This document shows, in pieces, positions 11,701-26,499 of a stretch of 64,000 nt of DNA. The stretch comes from Eledone cirrhosa (taxonomy: Eukaryota): NCBI GenBank assembly GCA_964016885.1, contig OZ024743.1, positions 209,126,001-209,190,000 of the forward strand, in the 5' to 3' direction. A program made the translations under genes and the position numbers. Each line of letters opens with the position of its first letter. Within the stretch, counting starts at the first letter, position 1. Under the pieces are notes generated by a model. That model was not told the DNA's origin. It did no database searches and saw only the letters and a list, made by a program, of their open reading frames with translations.

Positions 11701-14520
11701 CCATCCTATGGCCACAGATGAAAGCTCTTCACTCCATAAGATATACCACAGTTTACCATCCTATAGCCACACGTGAAAGTTCTTCACCCCATAAGATATA
11801 CCACAGTTTACCATCCTATAGCCACAGATGAAAGTTCTTTACTCCATAAGATATACCACAGTTTACCATCCTATGGCCAGAGATGAAAGCTGTTCACTTC
11901 ATAAGATATACCACAGTTTACCATCCTATAGCCACACATGAAAGCTCTTCACTCCATAAGATATACCACAGTTTACCATCATATAGCCACAGATGAAATC
12001 TCTTCACTCCATAAGATATAGCACAGTTTACAATCCTATGGCCAGAGATGAAAGCTCTTCACTCCATAAGATATACCACAGTTTACCAACCTATAGCCAC
12101 ACATGAAAGCTGTTCACTCCATAAGATATACCACAGTTTACCATCCTATAGCCACACATGAAAGCTCTTCACTCCATAAGATATACCACAGTTTACCATC
12201 CTATAGCCACACATGGAAGCTCTTCACTCCATAAGATATACCACAGTTTACCATCCTATAGCCACACATGAAAGCTCTTCACTCCATAAGATATACCACA
12301 GTTTACCATCATATAGCCACACATGAAAGCTCTTCACTCCATAAGATATACCACACTTTACCATCCTATAGCCACAGATGAAAGCTCTTCACTCCATAAG
12401 ATATACCACAGTTTACCATCCTATAGCCAGATGAAAGCTTTTCACTCCATAAGTTATACCACAGTTTAACATCCTATGCCCACAGATGAAAGCTCTTCAC
12501 TCCATAAGATAGACCACAGTTTACCATCCTATAGCCACACATGAAAGCTCTTCACTCCATAAGATATATCACAGTTTACCATCCTATTGCCACAGATGAA
12601 AGCTGTTCACTCCATAAGATATACCACAGTTTACCATCCTATAGCCACGCATGAAAGCTCTTCACTCCATAAGATATACCACATTTTACCATCCTATAGA
12701 CACGCATGAAAGCTCTTCACTCCATAACATATACCACAGTTTACCATCCTATAGCCACAGATGAAAGCTCTTCACTCCATAAGATATACCACAGTTTACC
12801 ATCCTATAGCCACAGATGAAAGCTCTTCACTCCATAACATATGCCACAGTTTACCATCCTATTGCCACACATGAGAGCTCTTCACTCCATAAGATATACC
12901 ACAGTTTACCATCCTATAGCCACACATGAAAGCTCTTCACTCCATAAGATATACCACAGTTTACCATCCTATAGCCACAGATGAAAGCTCTTCACTCCAT
13001 AAGATATACCACAGTTTACCATCCGATAGCCACGCATGAAAGTTCTTCATTCCATAACATATACCACAGTTTACCATCCTATAGCCACACATGAGAGCTC
13101 TTTACTCCTTAAGATATACCACAGTTTACCATCCTATGGCCACAGATGAAAGCTCTTCACTCCATAAGATATACCACAGTTTACCATCCTATAGCCACAC
13201 GTGAAAGTTCTTCACCCCATAAGATATACCACAGTTTACCATCCTATAGCCACAGATGAAAGTTCTTTACTCCATAAGATATACCACAGTTTACCATCCT
13301 ATGGCCAGAGATGAAAGCTGTTCACTTCATAAGATATACCACAGTTTACCATCCTATAGCCACACATGAAAGCTCTTCACTCCATAAGATATACCACAGT
13401 TTACCATCATATAGCCACAGATGAAATCTCTTCACTCCATAAGATATAGCACAGTTTACAATCCTATGGCCAGAGATGAAAGCTCTTCACTCCATAAGAT
13501 ATACCACAGTTTACCAACCTATAGCCACACATGAAAGCTGTTCACTCCATAAGATATACCACAGTTTACCATCCTATAGCCACACATGAAAACTCTTCAC
13601 TCCATAAGATATACCACAGTTTACCATCCTATAGCCACACATGGAAGCTCTTCACTCCATAAGATATACCACAGTTTACCATCCTATAGCCACACATGAA
13701 AGCTCTTCACTCCATAAGATATACCACAGTTTACCATCATATAGCCACACATGAAAGCTCTTCACTCCATAAGATATACCACACTTTACCATCCTATAGC
13801 CACAGATGAAAGCTCTTCACTCCATAAGATATACCACAGTTTACCATCCTATAGCCAGATGAAAGCTTTTCACTCCATAAGTTATACCACAGTTTAACAT
13901 CCTATGCCCACAGATGAAAGCTCTTCACTCCATAAGATAGACCACAGTTTACCATCCTATAGCCACACATGAAAGCTCTTCACTCCATAAGATATATCAC
14001 AGTTTACCATCCTATAGCCACACATGAAAGCTCTTCACTCCATAAGATATACCACAGTTTACCATCCTATAGCCACGCATGAAAGCTCTTCACTCCATAA
14101 GATATACCACATTTTACCATCCTATAGACACGCATGAAAGCTCTTCACTCCATAACATATACCACAGTTTACCATCCTATAGCCACAGATGAAAGCTCTT
14201 CACTCCATAAGATATACCACAGTTTACCATCCTATAGCCACAGATGAAAGCTCTTCACTCCATAACATATGCCACAGTTTACCATCCTATTGCCACACAT
14301 GAGAGCTCTTCACTCCATAAGATATACCACAGTTTACCATCCTATAGCCACACATGAAAGCTCTTCACTCCATAAGATATACCACAGTTTACCATCCTAT
14401 AGCCACAGATGAAAGCTCTTCACTCCATAAGATATACCACAGTTTACCATCCGATAGCCACGCATGAAAGTTCTTCACTCCATAACATATACCACAGTTT
14501 ACCATCCTATAGCCACACAT
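8758..14520. repeat. Nested higher-order repeat: 1428-bp (26-mer) unit inside a 2524-bp (46-mer) duplication
   Basis: Marker TATAGCACAGTTTACAAT has its variant G at 9497, 10925, 12021 and 13449 (offsets 1428 and 2524). Marker AAGATAGACC has its variant G at 9988, 12512 and 13940. 1428 = 25x55+53. Confidence 0.9.
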
Positions 14521-15899
14521 GAGAGCTCTTCACTCCATAAGATATACCTCAGTTTACCATCCTATAGCCACACATGAAAGCTCTTCACTCCATAAGATAT
14601 ACCACAGTTTACCATCCTATAGCCAGATGAAAGCTTTTCAATACATAAGATATACCACAGTTTACCATCCTATAGCCACACATGAAACCTCTTCACTCCA
14701 TAAGATATACCACATTTTACCATCCTATAGCCACAGATGAATGCTCTTCACTCCATAAGATATACCACAGTTTACCATCCTATAGCCACAGATGAAAGCT
14801 CTTAAATCCATAAGATATACCACAGTTTACCATCCTATAGCCACACATTGAAGCTCTTCACTCCATCAGATATACCACAGTTTACCATCCTAGAGCCACA
14901 CATGAAAGCTCTTCACTCCATAAGATATACCACACTTTACCATCCTATAGCCACAGATGAAAGCTCTTCACTCCATAAGATATACCACAGTTTACCATCC
15001 TATAGCCAGATGAAAGCTTTTCACTCCATAAGATATACCACAGTTTAACATCCTATGCCCACAGATGAAAGCTCTTCACTCCATAAGATATACCACAGTT
15101 TACCATCCTATAGCCACATATGGAAGCTCTTCACTCCATAAGATATACCACAGTTTACCATCCGATAGCCACACATGAAAGCTCTTCACTCCATAAGATA
15201 TACCACAGTTTACCATCCTATAGCCAGATGAAAGTTCTTCACTCCATAAGATATAACACAGTATACCATCCTATAGCCACATATGAAAGCTCTTCACTCC
15301 ATAAGATATACCACAGTTTACCATCCTATAGCCAGATGAAAGCTCTTCACTCCATAAGATATACCAGAGTTTACCATCCTATAGCCACGCATGAAATCTC
15401 TTCACTCCATAAGATATACCACAGTTTACCTTCCTATAGCCACACATGAAAGCTCTTCACTCCATAAGATATACCACAGTTTACCATCCTATAGCCAGAT
15501 GAAAGTTCTTCACTCCATAAGATATAACACAGTATACCATCCTATAGCCACATATGAAAGCTCTTCACTCCATAAGATATACCACAGTTTACCATCCTAT
15601 AGCCAGATGAAAGCTCTTCACTCCATAAGATATACCAGAGTTTACCATCCTATAGCCACAGATGAAAGCTCTTCACTCCATAAGATATACCACAGTTTAC
15701 CATTCTATAGCCAGATGAAAGCTCTTCACTCCATAAGATATACTACAGTTTACCATCCTATGGCCACGCATGAAAGCTCTTCACTCCATAAGATATACCA
15801 CAGTTTACCATCCTATAGCCACACATGAAAGCTCTTCACTCCATAAGATATACCACAGTTTACCATCCTATGACCACAGATGAATGCTCTTCACTCCAT

Positions 15900-18300
15900 A
15901 AGATATACCACAGTTTACCACCCTATGGCCACAGATGAAAGCTCTTCACTCCATAAATTATACCACAGTTTACCATCCTATAGCCACACCACGGATGAAA
16001 GCTCTTCACTCCATAAGATATACCACAGTTTACCATCCTATAGCCACAGATGAAAGCTGTTCACTCCATAAGATATACCACAGTTTACCATCCTATAGCC
16101 AGATGAAAGCTCTTCACTCCATAAGATATACAACAGTTTACCATCCTATAGCCACACATGAGAGCTCTTCACTCCATAAGATATACCTCAGTTTACCATC
16201 CTATAGCCACACATGAAAGCTCTTCACTCCATAAGATATACCACAGTTTACCATCCTATAGCCAGATGAAAGCTTTTCAATCCATAAGATATACCACAGT
16301 TTACCATCCTATAGCCACACATGAAAGCTCTTCACTCCATAAGATATACCACAGTTTACCATCCTATGGCCACAGATGAAAGCTCTTCACTCCATAAGAT
16401 ATACCACAGTTTACCATCCTATAACCACACCACGGATGAAAGCTCTTCACTCCATAAGATATACCACAGTTTACCATCCTATAACCAGATGAAAGTTCTT
16501 CACTCCATAAGATATACCACAGTTTACCATCCTATAGCCACACATGAAAGCTCTTCACTCCATAAGATATACCACAGTTTACCATCCTATGGCCACAGAT
16601 GAAAGCTCTTCACTCCATAAGATATACCACAGTTTACCATCCTATAACCACACCACGGATGAAAGCTCTTCACTCCATAAGATATACCACAGTTTACCAT
16701 CCTATTGCCACAGATGAAAGCTCTTCACTCTATAAGATATACCACAGATTACCATCTTATAGTCACACATGAAAGCTCTTCACTCCATAAGATATACCAG
16801 TTTACCATCCTATAGCCAGATGAAAGCTCTTCTCTCCATAAGATATACTACAGTTTACCATCCTATAGCCACAGATGATAGCTCTTCACTCCATAAGATA
16901 AACCACAGTTTACCATCCTATAGCCACAGATGAAAGCTCTTCACTCCATAAGATATACCACAGTTTAACATCCTATAGCCACAGATGAAAGCTGTTCACT
17001 CCATAAGATATACCACATTTTACCATCCTATAGCCACACATGAAAGTTCTTCACTCCATAAGATATACCACAGTTTACCATCCTATAGCCACACATGGAA
17101 GCTCTTCACTCCATAAGATATACCACAGTTTACCATCCTATAGCCACACATGAAAGCTCTTCACTCCATAAGATATACCACAGTTTACCATCCTATAGCC
17201 AGATGAAAGCTCTTCACTCCATAAGATATATCACAGTTTACCATCCTATAGCCATGCATGAAAGCTCTTCACTCCATAAGATATACCACAGTTTACCATC
17301 CTATAGCCACACATGAAAGCTCTTCACTCCATAAGATATACCACAGTTTACCATCCTATAGCCACAGATGAAAGCTCTTCACTCCATAAGATATACCACA
17401 GTTTACCATCCTATAGCCACAGATGAAAGCTCTTCACTCCATAAGATATACCACAGTTTACCATCCGATAGCCACACATGAAAGCTCTTCACTCCATAAG
17501 ATATACCACAGTTTACCATCCTATAGCAAGATGAAAGTTCTTCACTCCATAAGATATACCACAGTTTACCATCCTATGGCCACAGATGAAAGCTCTTCAC
17601 TCCATAAGATATACCACAGTTTACCATCCTATAGCCACACATGAAAGCTCTTCACTCCAAAAGATATACCACAGTTTACTATCATATAGCCACAGATGAA
17701 ATCTCTTCCCTCCATAAGATATAACACAGTTTACCATCCTATGGCCACAGATGAAAGCTCTTCACTCCATAAGATATACCACAGTTTACCATCCTATAAC
17801 CACACCACGGATGAAAGCTCTTCACTCCATAAGATATACCACATTTTACCATCCTATGGCCACAGATGAATGCTCTTCACTCCATAAGATATACCACAGT
17901 TTACCATCCTATAGCCACACATGAAAGCTGTTCACTCCATAAGATATACCACAGTTTACAATCCTATAGCCATAGATGAAAGCTCTTCACTCCATAATAT
18001 ATACGACAATTTACCATCCTATAGCCAGATGAAAGCTCTTAAATCCATAAGATATACCACAGTTTACCATCCTATAGCCACACATGAAAGTTCTTCACTC
18101 CATAAGATATACCACAGTTTACCATCATATAGCCACACATGAAAGCTCTTCACTCCATAAGATATACCTCAGTTTACCATCCTATAGCCACACATGAAAG
18201 CTCTTTACTCCAAAAGATATACCACAGTTTACCATCCTATGGCCACAGATGAAAGCTCTTCACTCCATAAGATATACCACAGTTTACCATCCTATAGCCA
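15900..18300. repeat. Dispersed copy of the ~6.6-9.2 kb block (offset ~9.16-9.27 kb)
   Basis: ORF pairs 6662/15935 and 6885/16158 (9273), 7158/16321 (9163) and 7934/17095 (9161). Shared markers are CCATAAATTATACC and CAGATTACCATCTTATAGTCAC. Confidence 0.85.
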
Positions 18301-21300
18301 CACGTGAAAGTTCTTCACCCCATAAGATATACCACAGTTTACCATCCGATAGCCACGCATGAAAGTTCTTCACTTCATAACATATACCACAGTTTACCAT
18401 CCTATAGCCACACATGAGAGCTCTTCACTCCATAAGATATACCTCAGTTTACCATCCTATAGCCACACATGAAAGCTCTTCACTCCATAAGATATACCAC
18501 AGTTTACCATCCTATAGCCAGATGAAAGCTTTTCAATACATAAGATATACCACAGTTTACCATCCTATAGCCACACATGAAAGCTCTTCACTCCATAAGA
18601 TATACCACATTTTACCATCCTATAGCCACAGATGAATGCTCTTCACTCCATAAGATATACCACAGTTTACCATCCTATAGCCACAGATGAAAGCTCTTAA
18701 ATCCATAAGATATACCACAGTTTACCATTCTATAGCCACACATTGAAGCTCTTCACTCCATAAGATATACCACAGTTTACCATCCTAGAGCCACACATGA
18801 AAGCTCTTCACTCCATAAGATATACCACACTTTACCCTCCTATAGCCACAGATGAAAGCTCTTCACTCCATAAGATATACCACAGTTTACCATCCTATAG
18901 CCAGATGAAAGCTTTTCACTCCATAAGATATACCACAGTTTAACATCCTATGCCCACAGATGAAAGCTCTTCACTCCATAAGATATAACACAGTTTACCA
19001 TCCTATGGCCAGAGATGAAAGCTCTTCATTCCATAAGATATACCACAGTTTACCATCCTATAGCCACACATGAAAGCTGTTCACTCCATAAGATATACCA
19101 CAGTTTACCATCCTATAGCCACACATGAAAGCTCTTCACTCCATAAGATATACCACAGTTTACCATCCTATAGCCACACATGGAAGCTCTTCACTCCATA
19201 AGATATACCACAGTTTACCATCATATAGCCACACATGAAAGCTCTTCACTCCATAAGATATACCACAGTTTACCATCCTAGAGCCACACATGAGAGCTCT
19301 TCACTCCATAAGATATACCTCAGTTTACCATCCTATAGCCACACATGAAAGCTCTTCACTCCATAAGATATACCACAGTTTACCATCCGATAGCCACACA
19401 TGAAAGCTCTTCACTCCATAAGATATACCACAGTTTACCATCCTATATCCAGATGAAAGTTCTTCACTCCATAAGATATACCACAGTATACCATCCTATA
19501 GCCACATATGAAAGCTCTTCACTCCATAAGATATACCACAGTTTACCATCCTATAGCCACGCATGAAAGCTCTTCACTCCATAAGATATACCACAGTTTA
19601 CCTTCCTATAGCCACACATGAAATCTTATCACTCCATAAGTTATACCAGAGTTTACCATCCTATAGCCACAGATGAAAGCTCTTCACTCCATAAGATATA
19701 CCTCAGTTTACCATCCTATAGCCACACATGAAAGCTCTTCACTCCATAAGATATACCACATTTTACCATCCTATAGTCACAGATGAATGCTCTTCACTCC
19801 ATAAGATATACCACAGTTTACCATCCTATAGCCACAGATGAAAGCTCTTCACTCCATAAGATATACCACAGTTTACCATCCTATGGTCACAGATGAAAGC
19901 TCTTCACTCCATAAGATATACCACAGTTTACCATCCTATAGCCACACATGAAAGTTCTTCACCCCATAAGATATACCACAGTTTACCATCCTATAGCCAC
20001 ACAAGAAAGCTCTTCACTCCATAAGATATACCACAGTTTACCATCATATAGCCACAGATGAAATCTCTTAACTCCATAAGATATAACACAGTTTACCATC
20101 CTATGGCCAGAGATGAAAGCTCTTCACTCCATAAGATATACCACAGTTTACCATCCTATAGCCACACATGAAAGCTGTTCACTCCATAAGATATACCACA
20201 GTTTACCATCCTATAGCCACACATGAAAGCTCTTCACTCCATAAGATATACCACAGTTTACCATCCTATAGCCACACATGGAAGCTCTTCACTCCATAAG
20301 ATATACCACAGTTTACCATCATATAGCCACACATGAAAGCTCTTCACTCCATAAGATATACGACAGTTTACCATCCTATAGCCGTAGATGAAAGCTCTTC
20401 ACTCCATAAGATATACGACAGTTTACCATCCTATAGCCAGATGAAAGCTCTTAAATCCATAAGATATACCATAGTTTACCATCCTATAGCCACACATGAA
20501 AGCTATTCACTCCATAAGATATACCACAGTTTACCATCATATAGCCACACATGAAAGCTCTTCACTCCATAAGATATACCACACTTTACCATCCTATAGC
20601 CACAGATGACAGCTCTTCACTCCATAAGATATACCACAGTTTACCATCCTATAGCCAGATGAAAGCTTTTCACTCCATAAGATATACCACAGTTTAACAT
20701 CCTATGCCCACAGATGAAAGCTCTTCACTACATAAGATATACCACAGTTTACCATCCTATAGCCACACATGAAAGCTCTTCACTCCATAAGATATACCAC
20801 AGTTTACCATCCTATAGCCACACATGGAAGCTCTTCACTCCATAAGATATACCACAGTTTACCATCCTATAGCCACACATGAAAGCTCTTCACTCCATAA
20901 GATATACCACAGTTTACCATCCTATAGCCAGATGAAAGCTCTTCACTCCATCAGATATACCACAGTTTACCATCCTATAGCCACAGATGAAAGCTCTTCA
21001 CTCTATAAGATATACCACAGTTTACCATCTTATAGTGACACATGGAAGCTCTTCACTCCATAAGATATACCACAGTTTACCATCCTATAGCCACACATGA
21101 AAGCTCTTCACTCCATAAGATATACCACAGTTTACCATCCTATAGCCACAGACGAAAGCTGTTCACTCCATAAGATATACCACATTTTACCATCCTATAG
21201 CCACACATGAAAGTTCTTCACTCCATAAGATATACCACAGTTTACCATCCTATAGCCACACATGGAAGCTCTTCACTCCATGAGATATACCACAGTTTAC

Positions 21301-24300
21301 CATCCTATGGCCACATATAAAAGCTCTTCACTCCATAAGATATAACACAGTTTACCATCCTATAGCCACACATGGAAGCTCTTCACTCCATAAGATATAC
21401 CACAGTTTACCATCCGATAGCCACACATGAAAGCTCTTCACTTCATAAGATATACCACAGTTTACCATCCTATAGCCAGATGAAAGCTCTTCACTCCATA
21501 AGTTATACCACAGTTTACCATCCTATAGCCAGAGATGAAAGCTCTTCACTCCATAACAAATACCACAGTTTACAATCCTATAGCCACACATGAGAGCTCT
21601 TCACTCCATAAGATATACCTCAGTTTACCATCCTATAGCCACACATGAAAGCTCTTCACTCCATAAGATAAACCACAGTTTAACATCCTATAGCCAGATG
21701 AAAGCTTTTCAATACATAAGATATACCACAGTTTACCATCCTATAGCCACACATGAAAGCTCTTCACTCCATAAGATATACCACATTTTACCATCCTATA
21801 GCCACACATGAAAGCTCTTCACTCCATAAGATATACCACAGTTTACCATCCTATAGCCACACATGAAAGTTCTTCACTCCATAAGATATACCACAGTTTA
21901 CCATCCTATGGCCAGAGATGAAAGCTCTTCACTCCATAAGATATACCACATTTTACCATCCTATAGCCACACAAGAAAGCTCTTCACTCCATAAGATATA
22001 CCACAGTTTACCATCATATAGCCACAGATGAAATCTCTTCACTCCATAAGATATAACACAGTTTACCATCCTATGGCCAGAGATGAAAGCTCTTCACTCC
22101 ATAAGATATACCACAGTTTACCATCCTATAGCCACACATGAAAGCTGTTCACTCCATAAAGATATACCACAGTTTACCATCTTATAGCCACACATGAAAG
22201 CTCTTCACTCCATAAGATATACCACAGTTTACCATCCTATAGCCACACATGGAAGCTCTTCACTCCATAAGATATACCACAGTTTACCATCATATAGCCA
22301 CACATGAAAGCTCTTCACTCCATAAGATATACGACAGTTTACCATCCTATAGCCATAGATGAAAGCTCTTCACTCCATAAGATATACGACAGTTTACCAT
22401 CCTATAGCCAGATGAAAGCTCTTAAATCCATAAGATATACCACAGTTTACCATCCTATAGCCACACATGAAAGCTATTCACTCCATAAGATATACCACAG
22501 TTTACCATCCTATAGCCACAGATGAAAGCTGTTCACTCCATAAGATATACCACACTTTACCATCCTATAGCCACAGATGAAAGCTCTTAACTCCATAAGA
22601 TATACCACAGTTTACCATCCTATAGCCAGATGAAAGCTTTTCACTCCATAAGATATACCACAGTTTAACATCCTATGCCCACAGATGAAAGCTCTTCACT
22701 CCATAAGATATACCACAGTTTACCATCTTATAGTGACACATGAAAGCTCTTCACTCCATAAGGTATACCACAGTTTACCATCCTATAGCCAGATGAAAGC
22801 TCTTAACTCCATAAGATATACCACAGTTTACCATCCTATAGCCACAGATGATAGCTCTTCACTCCATAAGATAAACCACAGTTTACAATCCTATAGCGAC
22901 AGATGAAAGCTCTTCACTCCATAAGATATACCACAGTTTACCATCCTATAGCCACAGATGAAAGCTGTTCACTCCATAAGATATACCACATATTACCATC
23001 CTATAGCCACACATGAAAGTTCTTCACTCCATAAGATATACCACAGTTTACCATCCCATAGCCACACATGGAAGCTCTTCACTCCATGAGATATACCACA
23101 GTTTACCATCTTATAGGCTCAGATGAAAGCTCTTCATTCCATAAGATATACCACAGTTTACCATCCTATAGCCACAGATGAAAGCTCTTCACTCCACAAC
23201 ATATACCACACTTTACCATCCTATAGCCACACATGAGCTCTTCACTCCATAAGATATACCACAGTTTACCATCCTATAGCCACATATGAAAGCTCTTCAC
23301 TCCATAAGATATACCACAGTTTACCATCCTATAGCCACACATGAAAGCTCTTCACTCCATAAGATATACCACAGTTTACCATCCTATAGCCACACATGAA
23401 AGCTCTTCACTCCATAAGATATACCACAGTATACCATCCTATAGCCACATATGAAAGCTCTTCACTCCATAACATATACCACAGTTTACCATCCTATAGC
23501 CACGCATGAAAGCTCTTCACTCCATAAGATATACCACAGTTTACCTTCCTATAGCCACACATGAAATCTTATCACTCCATAAGTTATACCAGAGTTTACC
23601 ATCCTATAGCCACAGATGAAAGCTCTTCACTCCATAGGTTATACCACAGTTTACCATCCTATAGCCACAGATGAAAGCTCTTCACTCCATAACATATACC
23701 ACAGTTTACCATCCTATAGCCACACATGAGAGCTCTTCACTCCATAAGATATACCTCAGTTTACCATCCTATAGCCACACATGAAAGCTCTTCACTCCAT
23801 AAGATATACCACAGTTTACCATCCTATAGCCAGATGAAAGCTTTTCACTCCATAAGATATACCACAGTTTACCATCCTATAGCCACACATGAAAGCTCTT
23901 CACTCCATAAGATATACCACATTTTACCATCCTATAGCCACACATGAAAGCTCTTCACTCCATAAGATATACCACAGTTTACCATCCTATAGCCACACAT
24001 GAAAGTTCTTCACCCCATAAGATATACCACAGTTTACCATCCTATAGCCACAGATGAAAGTTCTTCACTCCATAAGATATACCACAGTTTACCATCCTAT
24101 GGCCACACATGAAAGCTCTTCATTCCATAAGATATACCACAGATTACCATCATATAACCACAGATGAAATCTCTTCACTCCATAAGATATAACACAGTTT
24201 ACCATCCTATGGCCAGAGATGAAAGCTCTTCACTCCATAAGATATACCACAGTTTACCATCCTATAGCCACACATGAAAGCTGTTCACTCCATAAGATAT

Positions 24301-26499
24301 ACCACAGTTTACCATCCTATAGCCACACATGAATGCTCTTCACTCCATAAGATATACCACAGTTTACCATCCTATAGCCACACATGGAAGCTCTTCACTC
24401 CATAAGATATACCACAGTTTACCTTCCTATAGCCACACATGAAATCTTATCACTCCATAAGTTATACCAGAGTTTACCATCCTATAGCCACAGATGAAAG
24501 CTCTTCACTCCATAAGTTATACCACAGTTTACCATCCTATAGCCACAGATGAAAGCTCTTCACTCCATAACATATACCACAGTTTACCATCCTATAGCCA
24601 CACATGAGAGCTCTTCACTCCATAAGATATACCTCAGTTTACCATCCTATAGCCACACATGAAAGCTCTTCACTCCATAAGATATACCACAGTTTACCAT
24701 CCTATAGCCAGATGAAAGCTTTTCAATACATAAGATATACCACAGTTTACCATCCTATAGCCACACATGAAAGCTCTTCACTCAATAAGATATACCACAG
24801 TTTACCATCCTATAGCCACACATGAAAGCTCTTCACTCCATAAGATATACCACAGTTTACCATCCTATGGCCACAGATGAAAGCTCTTCACTCCATAAGA
24901 TATACCACACTTTACCATCCTATAGCCACACATGAAAGTTCTTCACCCCATAAGATATACCACAGTTTACCATCCTATAGCCACAGATGAAAGTTCTTCA
25001 CTCCATAAGATATACCACAGTTTACCATCCTATGGCCAGAGATGAAAGCTCTTCACTCCATAAGATATACCACAGTTTACCATCCTATAGCCACACATGA
25101 AAGCTCTTCATTCCATAAGATATACCACAGTTTACCATCATATAGCCTCAGATGAAATCTCTTCACTCCATAAGATATAACACAGTTTACCATCCTATGG
25201 CCAGAGATGAAAGCTCTTCACTCCATAAGATATACCACAGTTTACCATCCTATAGCCACACATGAAAGCTGTTCACTCCATAAGATATACCACAGTTTAC
25301 TATCCTATAGCCACACATGAAAGCTCTTCACTCCATAAGATATACCAGAGTTTACCATCCTATAGCCACACATGGAAGCTCTTCACTCCATAAGATATAC
25401 CACAGTTTACCATCATATAGCCACACATGAAAGCTCTTCACTCCATAAGATATACGACAGTTTACCATCCTATAGCCATAGAAGAAAGCTCTTAACTCCA
25501 TAAGATATACGACAGTTTATCACCCTATAGCCAGATGAAAGCTCTTAAATCAATAAGATATACCACAGTTTACCATCCTATAGCCACACATGAAAGCTAT
25601 TCACTCCATAAGATATACCACAGTTTAACATCCTATGCCCACAGATGAAAGCTCTTCACTCCATAAGATATACCACAGTTTACCATCCTATAGCCACACA
25701 TGAAAGCTATTCACTCCATAAGATATACCACAGTTTACCATCCTATAGCCACACATGGAAGCTCTTCACTCCATAAGATATTCCACAGTTTACCATCCTA
25801 TAGCCACACATGAAAGCTCTTCACTCCATAAGATATACCACAGTTTACCATCCTATAGCCAGATGAAAGCTCTTCACTCCATAAGATATACCACAGTTCA
25901 CCATCCTATAGCCACACATGAAAGCTCTTCACTCCATAACATATACCACAGTTTACCATCCTATAGCCACGCATGAAAGCTCTTCACTCCATAAGATATA
26001 CCACATTTTACCTTCCTATAGCCACACATGAAATCTTATCACTCCATAAGTTATACCAGAGTTTACCATCCTATAGCCACAGATGAAAGCTCTTCACTCC
26101 ATAAGTTATACCACAGTTTACCATCCTATAGCCACAGATGAAAGCTCTTCACTCCATAACATATACCACAGTTTACAATCCTATAGCCACACATGAGAGC
26201 TCTCCACACCATAAGATATACCTCAGTTTACCATCCTATAGCCACACATGAAAACTCTTCACTCCATAAGATAAACCACAGTTTACCATCCTATAGCCAG
26301 ATGAAAGCTTTTCAATACATAAGATATACCACAGTTTACCATCCTATAGCCACACATGAATGCTCTTCACTCCATAAGATATACCACATTTTACCATCCT
26401 ATAGCCACACATGAAAGCTCTTCACTCCATAAGATATACCACAGTTTACCATCCTATAGCCACACATGAAAGCTCTTCACTCCATAAGATATACCACAG

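Noticed and set aside
22138-22195. Singleton indels (extra A at ~22160; also ~2671, ~16798, ~52625, ~55877)
   Set aside because: They are absent from paralogous blocks and mostly lie in short runs, so they cannot be told apart from sequencing or consensus error.
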